From: an uncultured Gammaproteobacteria bacterium
GTDB lineage: Bacteria > Patescibacteriota > Patescibacteriia > Patescibacteriales > UBA12465
Length of the DNA stretch: 48,339 nt
Assembly (NCBI GenBank): GCA_964355275.1
Contig: CAYHCB010000007.1
Location: 2,759 to 51,097, forward strand
Direction of reading: 5' to 3'
A model generated the notes under the pieces. It had not been told where the DNA came from. It saw only the letters and a program-made list of their open reading frames with translations, and made no database searches. Below, piece after piece: positions 7,601-15,516 of the stretch (position 1 is its first letter; the number at the start of each line of letters is the position of its first letter). Both the position numbers and the translations under genes were made by a program.

Positions 7601-9856
7601 TTAAATTCTTGGTCTAGGGGCACCAAAACTTCCCGGTCTTTTAACTGGTCCGCCTGGTCGACTACCACTGAAACCGGTGTTAGTAGATTTTCCTTTTTCG
7701 TCTTTCCACAAAGCTTCATTTTCGGCCAGACCTTTAAGAGTTAGATTAACGCGACCTTGATCATCTATCTCTTTTATTTTAACAGTAACCGTGTCTCCAA
7801 CGGAAACAAAATCGGCTGGTTTTTCAATCCGATAGGGAGCTAGCTCACTAACATGAGCCATGCCGTCTTGGTTAGAGTTTAAAGCGATAAAAGCTCCAAA
7901 ATCCATTAAACGAACAACCTTACCAGTAACTATTTCACCGACTTCAAAAACTTTTATAATCTCTTGAACTTTATCTACGGCTAATTGAACCATAACAACA
8001 TCGGTACCACAAATCATTACTAAGCCGTCATCTTCTATATCAATTGATACGCCAGTTTCTTCAATAATTTTATTAATAGTTTTTCCACCGGAACCGATAA
8101 TTGCCCCAATTTTTGTTGGGTCCACTTTAAAGCTAATAATTCTTGGCGCATATTTAGATAACTCTGGTCGCGCTGTTGGTACAGCTTCTTTTAAGACGGC
8201 TAAAATTTCATTCAAAGCTACGCGGCCTTGAACTAGAGTTTTACGAATTATCGCTTCATCCAAGCCAATAGTTTTAGTATCAAGTTGAATCGCAGTTAAA
8301 CCAGTATCGGTGCCAGTTATTTTAAAATCCATGCCACCGTCGCCATCTTCTAAGTCTTGTAAATCAGTAATCACCTCCCATTTACTCATGTCGCTAACCG
8401 AAGCTAACCCCATGGCAATACCAACTACATGTTTTTTAATTGGCACACCAGCATCCATTAAAGCTAAGGTTGAAGCACAGGTTGAAGCCATTGAAGATGA
8501 ACCATTTGAACCTAGCGTTTCACTAACGATACGAATAGCATAAGGAAATTCTTCTTTTGTTGGCAGTACTGGCATTAAAGCTTTTTCCGCAAGAGCTCCG
8601 TGTCCAATTTCACGACGACCAGTGCCTCGTAATGGAGAGACTTCACCAACGGAATATGGTGGAAAATTATAATGATGCATGTAACGCTTTTTACTTACTC
8701 CTTCAATTCCTTCAAGAGATTGTTCAAGCCCAGGAGCACCTAAAGTAACAATACCCATTACCTGAGTTTCACCTCGAGAAAAAAGGGAAGAACCGTGAAC
8801 TCTAGGAAGTAAGGCTACGTTAGCTGACAAGGGACGAATTTGATTTAGTTCGCGGCCATCAACACGATGTTTGTCTTCTAAAATAGCTCTAGTAATTTCA
8901 GTATCAATCATTTTTTCTACTAGTTTCTTACTTACATAAGACCGGCCATCTTTATCAATCCCTAAATCAAATAAATGTTTATCTAATTGTTCTTTAATAG
9001 CGGTAACCGCACCTTTTCGTTCAGTCTTGGTATAGTAAACTTTTTCAAATAAAATATTTGGAATATTTTCTTTAAGCCAAGCAATTCCCATTGGTAATAA
9101 TTCTTTTTTAGTAGCTTCTTTAGCGATTTCATCATCGCTCTTTAAAGAGTTTTTAGTTGACCTCTCTTTTGGTAAAACATTTAATTTTAGTTCTTCAAAT
9201 AAATTTAAAGCGCCTTCCATGGCTTTTTGTCCAGCGATGATAGCTTCAGCCATAACATCTTCTGGTGTTTCGTTGGCCCCAGCTTCAATCATAAGTACTC
9301 GATCACGAGTTCCGGCCACAATTAAATCTAAACTACTAAGAGCTTGTTGCTCGTAGTTTGGGTTAAAAATAAATTGTCCATCAATTAAGCCTACGCGAAT
9401 TCCTGAGATTGGACCACGCCAATCAATTCCGGAAATTGATAAAACAGCTGAGGCAGCCAGTAAGGAGACAACATCATAGTCATTTTCACCATCAACCGCT
9501 AATACTGAGATAATAAGTTGAACATCACGTTTATCTTCTTGGTCAAATAAGGGGCGAACTGATCGGTCAATCATTCTACCAGTTAAAACTGATTGATCGG
9601 TTGGTCTGCCTTCACGTTTTACCCACTGAGAACCTTTAATGATACCAGCGGCATAAAGTTTTTCCTCAAAATCTACCATTAGTGGAAAATAATCAACGCC
9701 ATCACGTTCTGTTTTAGCTTGAACAACGTTAGCCATTACTACTGTTTCGCCGTATTGGACGAGCACCGAAGCATCAGCTTGTAAAGCTAAAAGACCAGTT
9801 TTTACGCTAAGTTCTCGACCTAGCCATTGTGTTTTAAAGATTTTTTCTTGTAACAT
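7601..9856 (-). CDS. pnp: Polyribonucleotide nucleotidyltransferase (PNPase)
   Basis: Two RNase PH domains (FPLMVDFEEK, RREIGHGALAE, SNGSSSMAS, DMDFK-like), KH and S1 domains. Confidence 0.98.
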   Translation of the reverse strand: MLQEKIFKTQWLGRELSVKTGLLALQADASVLVQYGETVVMANVVQAKTERDGVDYFPLMVDFEEKLYAAGIIKGSQWVKREGRPTDQSVLTGRMIDRSVRPLFDQEDKRDVQLIISVLAVDGENDYDVVSLLAASAVLSISGIDWRGPISGIRVGLIDGQFIFNPNYEQQALSSLDLIVAGTRDRVLMIEAGANETPEDVMAEAIIAGQKAMEGALNLFEELKLNVLPKERSTKNSLKSDDEIAKEATKKELLPMGIAWLKENIPNILFEKVYYTKTERKGAVTAIKEQLDKHLFDLGIDKDGRSYVSKKLVEKMIDTEITRAILEDKHRVDGRELNQIRPLSANVALLPRVHGSSLFSRGETQVMGIVTLGAPGLEQSLEGIEGVSKKRYMHHYNFPPYSVGEVSPLRGTGRREIGHGALAEKALMPVLPTKEEFPYAIRIVSETLGSNGSSSMASTCASTLALMDAGVPIKKHVVGIAMGLASVSDMSKWEVITDLQDLEDGDGGMDFKITGTDTGLTAIQLDTKTIGLDEAIIRKTLVQGRVALNEILAVLKEAVPTARPELSKYAPRIISFKVDPTKIGAIIGSGGKTINKIIEETGVSIDIEDDGLVMICGTDVVMVQLAVDKVQEIIKVFEVGEIVTGKVVRLMDFGAFIALNSNQDGMAHVSELAPYRIEKPADFVSVGDTVTVKIKEIDDQGRVNLTLKGLAENEALWKDEKGKSTNTGFSGSRPGGPVKRPGSFGAPRPRI

Positions 9857-9947
9857 TTGTGTTTTGGTCTGACCAATAAATTACAGAACTGTAAATTTGT
9901 TACAGTGCTATCTATTTAAAGGCCAGAGCATTAATATATTAAAAATA

Positions 9948-9980
9948 AATAGCCACCCCTTGAAATAGGTGTGGCTAAAT
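9948..9980 (-). terminator. Hairpin/terminator after the NYN gene
   Basis: TAGCCAC...GTGGCTA stem; T-rich run follows on the minus strand. Confidence 0.55.
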
Positions 9981-9984
9981 AAGG

Positions 9985-10485
9985 TTATTTCCCAATTAAG
10001 AATTTTTTATCACTCGATAAATCGATGAAATCATCAGCTTCTTCAATTAGACGAGAAGAGCAAGTTTTGCGGAAGGCCATTATTTCTACTAAACAACCTT
10101 TATTGTTTTGTAGATAGGAAACGAGTGGCAAATAATCACCATCACCTGATACTAAAATAATTACATCCAGTTTATCGGCTAATTTTATAGCATCAATTGA
10201 TATTCCGACATCCCAGTCACCTTTTTTAGAGCCACCAGCAAAAGTTTGCAAACCCTTCATCTTAACTTCAAACCCTTGCTGACTTAACGCTTCAAAAAAG
10301 GACGTCTCTTCGTCGTTATCACTCTTTATAACATAAGCAGTGGCTCGGATAAGTTTCCGGGAGGCCACCGCTTGAGTAAGTATTTGTTGAAAATTGGTTC
10401 GACGATTATATAAATTCTTGGCAGAATGATACATATTAGATACATCCACCAAAACCCCCACCCTTTGTTCTTTGTGCTTTATCAT
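9985..10485 (-). CDS. NYN (LabA/DUF88, PIN-fold) domain protein
   Basis: VDVSNM, KGDWDVGISID, LVSGDGDY, SSRLIEEADDFIDL motifs. Confidence 0.9.
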   Translation of the reverse strand: MIKHKEQRVGVLVDVSNMYHSAKNLYNRRTNFQQILTQAVASRKLIRATAYVIKSDNDEETSFFEALSQQGFEVKMKGLQTFAGGSKKGDWDVGISIDAIKLADKLDVIILVSGDGDYLPLVSYLQNNKGCLVEIMAFRKTCSSRLIEEADDFIDLSSDKKFLIGK

Positions 10486-10517
10486 ATAAATAGTAAAACC
10501 GTATGTTTTATAATTGC

Positions 10518-10904
10518 CTATTCTTCAATAACCTCGTCAACCAAATCTTTTGGTTCCTCGATGGTATCTTCGCTGTCAACAGGAGCGTATTTCTTTTCTT
10601 TTAGTTTTGCTTCCTCTTCTTCGGCGATTAATTTATTGGCAATTTTTAATTTTAATTTTTCTGCTAATTCTCTGAATTGAACTTCGCTTTCTTTTTGTAG
10701 ATATTTAAGAAGTTTTCGTCTTTCTCCAACTTTCTTAAGTAAACCACGGCGAGAAGAAAAATCATGTTTATGTTGTTTTAAATGCTCCGTTAACTCTTTA
10801 ATTTCTTCAGTTAAAATAGCAATTTGAACCTGGGTAGAACCAGTGTCAGTGTCATGAACACGAAATTTTTTGATAATTTTCTCTTTGATTTTTTTATCTA
10901 ACAT
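10518..10904 (-). CDS. rpsO: 30S ribosomal protein S15 with an acidic C-terminal extension
   Basis: [38 protein letters not shown]. Confidence 0.97.
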   Translation of the reverse strand: MLDKKIKEKIIKKFRVHDTDTGSTQVQIAILTEEIKELTEHLKQHKHDFSSRRGLLKKVGERRKLLKYLQKESEVQFRELAEKLKLKIANKLIAEEEEAKLKEKKYAPVDSEDTIEEPKDLVDEVIEE

Positions 10905-10983
10905 TTTTTTTATTGGCTCTACCGAGAAGCGATGAGAGAGTTAACTCGACGTCGTATCCAAGAAAGAGTCTAGAATTAAAAGA

Positions 10984-11244
10984 TTATTTTAAAGTGTTAA
11001 TCTTCTTTTGTAAGCGAGATTTTTTACGAGCGGCGGTATTTTTTTTAATAACCCCTTTTTTGGCCGCCTTATCAATGGCTTTAATTGTTAAAGAGATCGC
11101 CTCTTTAGTCAATTTTTCGCCAGTAGCAATGACTTTTAAGCTGGTTTTCACCGCTTTTTTCATTACACTTGATACTTTTTTATTGTCGATATTACGTTTT
11201 ATATTTTTACGTAATTCTTTTTTAGCAGATTTCTTATTTGGCAT
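10984..11244 (-). CDS. rpsT: 30S ribosomal protein S20
   Basis: MPNKKSAKKELR, IDKAAKKGVIKKNTAARKKSRL. Confidence 0.97.
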   Translation of the reverse strand: MPNKKSAKKELRKNIKRNIDNKKVSSVMKKAVKTSLKVIATGEKLTKEAISLTIKAIDKAAKKGVIKKNTAARKKSRLQKKINTLK

Positions 11245-11282
11245 ACAGTGTTTTAAATAAAAATTCGTTAATTATTATTAAG

Positions 11283-11311
11283 ACTATAACATAAATTGAA
11301 ATAAAAATCAA
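11283..11311 (-). promoter_or_regulatory. Promoter for rpsT
   Basis: TTGATT, 17 bp, TG-T-TATAGT. Confidence 0.6.
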
Positions 11312-11352
11312 TGCCATAGCCTTTCTTTTATTGGCTTAAGTAACCAAAAATG

Positions 11353-11423
11353 TCGGGGTGCTGGGAATTGAACCCAGTCAACATGCTCCCAAAGCATGCG
11401 TACTACCGGTATACGACACCCCG
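11353..11423 (-). tRNA. tRNA-Pro(TGG)
   Basis: CGGGGTG acceptor stem, CATGC-TTTGGGA-GCATG anticodon arm, GGTTCAATTCC T-arm; no encoded CCA. Confidence 0.93.
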
Positions 11424-11437
11424 TTTAAATTTTTTTG

Positions 11438-11509
11438 TGCCCCGGGTCAGAATTGAACTGACGACACAAGGATTTTCAGTCCTTTGCTCTACCACTGAGC
11501 TACCGAGGC
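11438..11509 (-). tRNA. tRNA-Phe(GAA)
   Basis: AAGGA-CTGAAAA-TCCTT anticodon arm; full cloverleaf. Confidence 0.95.
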
Positions 11510-11531
11510 CACAAACTTTTAAAAAGTTTTG

Positions 11532-11604
11532 TTGCGGGGGTCGGATTCGAACCGACGACCTTCGGGTTATGGGCCCGACGAGCTGCCAACTGCTCTACCC
11601 CGCG
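11532..11604 (-). tRNA. Initiator tRNA-fMet(CAT)
   Basis: CGCGGGG start with C1:A72 mismatch, TCGGG-CCCATAA-CCCGA with three consecutive G-C pairs. Confidence 0.95.
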
Positions 11605-11631
11605 ATATCTAACTGTAAAAATGCAGTTATG

Positions 11632-11705
11632 TGGGCAATGGAGGACTCGAACCTCCGACCTCAACATTATCAGTGTTGCGCTCTAACCAACTGAGCTAAT
11701 TGCCC
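11632..11705 (-). tRNA. tRNA-Ile(GAT)
   Basis: CAACA-CTGATAA-TGTTG anticodon arm; GGGCAAT/ATTGCCC acceptor stem. Confidence 0.95.
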
Positions 11706-11770
11706 GTAATTTTAGCTAATTTATTTTTGAGTAAGATAAATAAAAATAGGGTTGGTCAAACTCTTTATAG

Positions 11771-11799
11771 AATATAACAAACTAAAAAGAAAAAGGCAA
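11771..11799 (-). promoter_or_regulatory. Promoter for the tRNA Ile-fMet-Phe-Pro cluster
   Basis: TTGCCT, 17 bp, TG-T-TATATT. Confidence 0.6.
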
Positions 11800-11849
11800 T
11801 AGTAAAAATAGCCAAAAAACCTATATTAAATAAGGTTGTAGTGAATATT

Positions 11850-12833
11850 TTATAGTTTAGCAAGAAATAAAGCTAGTTCTGCTTTAGTCTCGCCTTGGCC
11901 GGTCTTATTTTTAAAATCTAAAGAGATTAAATGGTTTAAGTGGTTTTTTAAGTCTGCTAAAATAAAACCCTTGGTCTGTGGTAGGTTTTTTTTAACCACA
12001 TAAGCATGAATTTTAAGTTCATCGGCTATTTGTGAAATACTAAAATTGGCTAAAACAGAACTTTTTATCTGTAATAAAATTTTAAATTGGCGAATCAGCA
12101 TCGCTAAAATATAATCTTCACTAACTCCGGCTAAATATTGCTCTTCTAGTAAGGTGATGGCGGTTTTCTTATTGCGAGCAGAAATGGCGTCAGTTAAGGC
12201 AAAAATATTTTCATCATAAATATTAGCTACTTGAGATTTGACGGTCTCATTAGTTATTTCCTTTCCATCTGAAATACTCATGGCTAATTTATGAAGTTCT
12301 GAAGATATTTGCCACAAGTCGGAGTTAGTTCGAGTGACAAGAGTTAAAATGGCCGCTGATTCAATTTTGCGGTTTAGTTTTGAAACTAATTCTTTAATAA
12401 AATCATTTAACTGTAAGCTAGATAGAGTTTTAAATTCTTGAACATACTGTTGCTTTAGTAAAAAGCTAAATAATTTTTGAGCCTCTTTTTTTAGTTTTCG
12501 ATTTTTATCATTTAAATTGCCATCGCGGAAAACAATTATATTATCGTCACTATTTTTAGTAGCACCTTCTCGTTTATTGAGAAATAAATTTAATTCACTA
12601 AATAGTTTATCATTTTTATTTTCTAAAATATCTTCAATCACAACCATTCTTTTTTTTACAAACAGGGATCCAGTATTTATTTTTTCACTAATTTCTTTGA
12701 GGTTAGTTATTTTTCCGTCTAGTACAATTAAGCTTTGTGAAGCGGCGTCTATTTCACTAACAAACTTATCTTTAAGTTCATTCAATTTTTGACGACTGCG
12801 ATAAGTATCGGCGCCGTAAATAAATATAATCAT
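11850..12833 (-). CDS. holA: DNA polymerase III subunit delta
   Basis: MIIFIYGADTY, TGSLF..KRMVVI, ELHKL, NIFALTDAI, LIRQFKILLQIK; 327 aa. Confidence 0.88.
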   Translation of the reverse strand: MIIFIYGADTYRSRQKLNELKDKFVSEIDAASQSLIVLDGKITNLKEISEKINTGSLFVKKRMVVIEDILENKNDKLFSELNLFLNKREGATKNSDDNIIVFRDGNLNDKNRKLKKEAQKLFSFLLKQQYVQEFKTLSSLQLNDFIKELVSKLNRKIESAAILTLVTRTNSDLWQISSELHKLAMSISDGKEITNETVKSQVANIYDENIFALTDAISARNKKTAITLLEEQYLAGVSEDYILAMLIRQFKILLQIKSSVLANFSISQIADELKIHAYVVKKNLPQTKGFILADLKNHLNHLISLDFKNKTGQGETKAELALFLAKL

Positions 12834-12835
12834 AA

Positions 12836-15505
12836 TTAACGGGCTAGTTTTTTAACAGCTTCTTTAAATAGATCACCCTTTTCTTCAAAATTCTTAAAAA
12901 TACTATAGCTAGGTGAGGCGGTGGAAAGCAAACAGACTTTGCCTGAGGAGGTATTTTTATAAGCAAACAAAACAGCTTCTGCCATTTCTCTAGTTTCTAA
13001 AAGTTGTGGTAACTTTTTTAAACCATAAATTTTAACTAAAGATTCTTTGATTCGTTTACCGCTATCAGGAAAGAGAACAATATTTTTAATTTTTATTTTT
13101 TTTAAAAATATAATTAATTTATCAAATTTATAGCCACGATCTTCGCCACCTAAAATTATTGTTTCTAAAGAATCTTGGACGCAACTAATAGCCGCCATTG
13201 TTGACTCTGGTGTGGTTGAAATGGCGTCATCGAAAAAAGTTATGCCCTGATATTTTCCAATATTTTCTAGTCTATGGGGAAGAGGCTTAAAAGTTTTTAG
13301 AGATTTTATAATAGTAGTCGTGGGAATTTTAAATAAGCTAACCGTTGTCATGGCGGCGGTTATATTTTTTAAATTATGATCGCCTAGTAAATTAATATCC
13401 TTATTATTTAATAATTGTTTTTTATTATAATAGATTGCTCCATTTTTTATTAAATATTTTTTATTATAATTTAAAGTTGAGGCCTTAGTTTTTTTGGCTA
13501 GATTTTTTATAAAAGAGAATTCATCATTATAAATAAAATAATCGCCTACTTTTTGTTTTAAGCTTATATTTGCTTTGGCATTTGCGTAATTTTTAAAACC
13601 ATTATGATAAGGTAAATGGTCGGGGAAGATGTTTATTAGGACCGCTATTTTTGGGCCTTTTTCTAGGGTAGATAATTGATAACTAGATAATTCATAAACA
13701 AAAATATCATCTTTTTTAGCTTTTTCTAAAAGTGGTAGGGGGTTGGTGCCAATATTTCCCACTAGATGAACTTTTTTGCCAGCGGTTTTTAAAATATGAT
13801 AAATTAAACTAGCAGTAGTGCTTTTTCCTTTTGTGCCACTAACGCCAATAATAGTCCCCGGGCAAGCATCAAAAAATATATTAGTTAAAGTTGTAACTGA
13901 AACGCCTGCGGATTTAGCCAGTTTAATTTCTTGAATTTGATCAGAAATACCGGGACTTTTTATTATTAAATTAAAGTTATCTAAATTTTTAAAACAATTT
14001 GGGCCTGATATTACCGTGGTGTTTATTTTTTCCTCTTTAGTTAAATTAATAGTTTTTTGATCAGCTAGCCACAAGTGAAGATTTGGATATTTTTCTCTTA
14101 AATGTTTAAAAATATAAGAACCCTCTTTACCGTAACCTAAAATTAACATTTTTTTAAAATTAGGAGGTAAATAATTATCTGAACTATCTTTTAAATTTTC
14201 TTCTATTAAATTTTCTGGATTTTTTATTTTGTAGGAAATCTTGTTTATAAAATAATTACCAATAAAGCTTTGTTGAAATTCTTTTTGTTTACCCGCTAGT
14301 ATTAATGCTGCGCGCACCTCTTCTTTAGTGCCGACACAATCAAAGGGTTTAAATTTTTTCTCACCCCAAAGTTCTTGAAATAAAGGTAACAGCTTTTTAT
14401 CATTAAATAAGTTTTTTTGGAAAATTTTTGTAACTTTATTTATCGGTAAATAAGCTGACAATAAACAAAAGGCAAAAGCACATTTAGGGCACTCGCCACA
14501 CCACCTTTTTTCATTTTTTTTGGTTATTAAAAAATTTCTGTTACAGCTAGAAAATTTAGGTAAATATTTAGGATAAGCGGTAAATTCTTTGACAATTTTT
14601 AATTCTGAATAAGGGCGGAGAAGGCTGAAAAAATTTAAGTCACCACTAATGTAGTTATTTATGTAGTCACTAATTAATTTTTCAAACTCGCCGCTCTTAC
14701 TATATTGATGATTAATATCTAGTCCTAAATAATTTACATTACCAAAGTTAGAGCTTTGTTCGTTGGCAAATACTAAAGTATTATAATTATTTAAAACAGC
14801 TCCTAGTAAGCTGACCCAGATATAAATATTAGAAATGGGGACGTGCCCATTATAAGCTCCTTCTGAATTTAATATAAAAAGAGTTGGGTCTATTTTTCTG
14901 TCGTAATAAAAATATGGCGCTCCTATTATTTCTGCGGTTTCTTTTTGAATTTTACTACTTCGTAAGCTAAACAAGCAAAATTCTTGATTTAGTTCTTTTA
15001 GTTTCTCGGCTGCCAAGCAGGAATCTTTGCCACCACCTAGCGGAGAGAGACATCTATTGCGCAGTTTAACTTTTGTTGGCGAAACCTTTATATTCTGATA
15101 TGGAAAATTTATTAAATTATGCCAGTTTATTTTGTTACGATAGAAAAATTCCCCTAAACCTTTGAGATAGAGATTGTTCCAAAAATTAGCCTGTTCTTTA
15201 TTTAAAAAACCACTTCTTATAATAATTTTTTTTGGGAGATAAGCCTTATAATATCCTACCCCTAGAGCCAGATGAAGATTAAATAAAATTTTGTCTAATA
15301 ATTCTTTGTTTATATTTTTCCAGTTTATTTTATTTTTTGATAAAATAATAATTTCCTTAAATTTTATTTTGTCATCAAAGGAATAATAAAAACTGATAGT
15401 TTTTTTCTTTTTATCTAATTTATAGGAATCAAAAACAAAACTAGAAAATTTATTTAAATTATCTACTTTTTTATTGTCTTTAATTTTAGCCGTATAAATA
15501 GACAT
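12836..15505 (-). CDS. Fusion of MurL-like UDP-MurNAc-L-Ala-L-Glu epimerase (aa ~1-450) and MurD/MurD2-like ligase (aa ~453-889)
   Basis: N-half: GGGKDS, YNGHVPIS, NEQSSN, NHQYSKS, FSSCN, WCGECPKC, KPFDCVG. C-half: LGYGKEG, KSPGI, GTKGKSTT, GNIG, ELSSYQL, PDHL, LPHRLE, DDAISTTPEST, SPSYSIFKNFEEKG. One uninterrupted frame. Confidence 0.85.
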   Translation of the reverse strand: MSIYTAKIKDNKKVDNLNKFSSFVFDSYKLDKKKKTISFYYSFDDKIKFKEIIILSKNKINWKNINKELLDKILFNLHLALGVGYYKAYLPKKIIIRSGFLNKEQANFWNNLYLKGLGEFFYRNKINWHNLINFPYQNIKVSPTKVKLRNRCLSPLGGGKDSCLAAEKLKELNQEFCLFSLRSSKIQKETAEIIGAPYFYYDRKIDPTLFILNSEGAYNGHVPISNIYIWVSLLGAVLNNYNTLVFANEQSSNFGNVNYLGLDINHQYSKSGEFEKLISDYINNYISGDLNFFSLLRPYSELKIVKEFTAYPKYLPKFSSCNRNFLITKKNEKRWCGECPKCAFAFCLLSAYLPINKVTKIFQKNLFNDKKLLPLFQELWGEKKFKPFDCVGTKEEVRAALILAGKQKEFQQSFIGNYFINKISYKIKNPENLIEENLKDSSDNYLPPNFKKMLILGYGKEGSYIFKHLREKYPNLHLWLADQKTINLTKEEKINTTVISGPNCFKNLDNFNLIIKSPGISDQIQEIKLAKSAGVSVTTLTNIFFDACPGTIIGVSGTKGKSTTASLIYHILKTAGKKVHLVGNIGTNPLPLLEKAKKDDIFVYELSSYQLSTLEKGPKIAVLINIFPDHLPYHNGFKNYANAKANISLKQKVGDYFIYNDEFSFIKNLAKKTKASTLNYNKKYLIKNGAIYYNKKQLLNNKDINLLGDHNLKNITAAMTTVSLFKIPTTTIIKSLKTFKPLPHRLENIGKYQGITFFDDAISTTPESTMAAISCVQDSLETIILGGEDRGYKFDKLIIFLKKIKIKNIVLFPDSGKRIKESLVKIYGLKKLPQLLETREMAEAVLFAYKNTSSGKVCLLSTASPSYSIFKNFEEKGDLFKEAVKKLAR

Positions 15506-15516
15506 ATTATCTTAGG

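Noticed and set aside
11350-11694. 114-aa plus-strand ORF
   Set aside because: It is the antisense reading of four tRNA genes.
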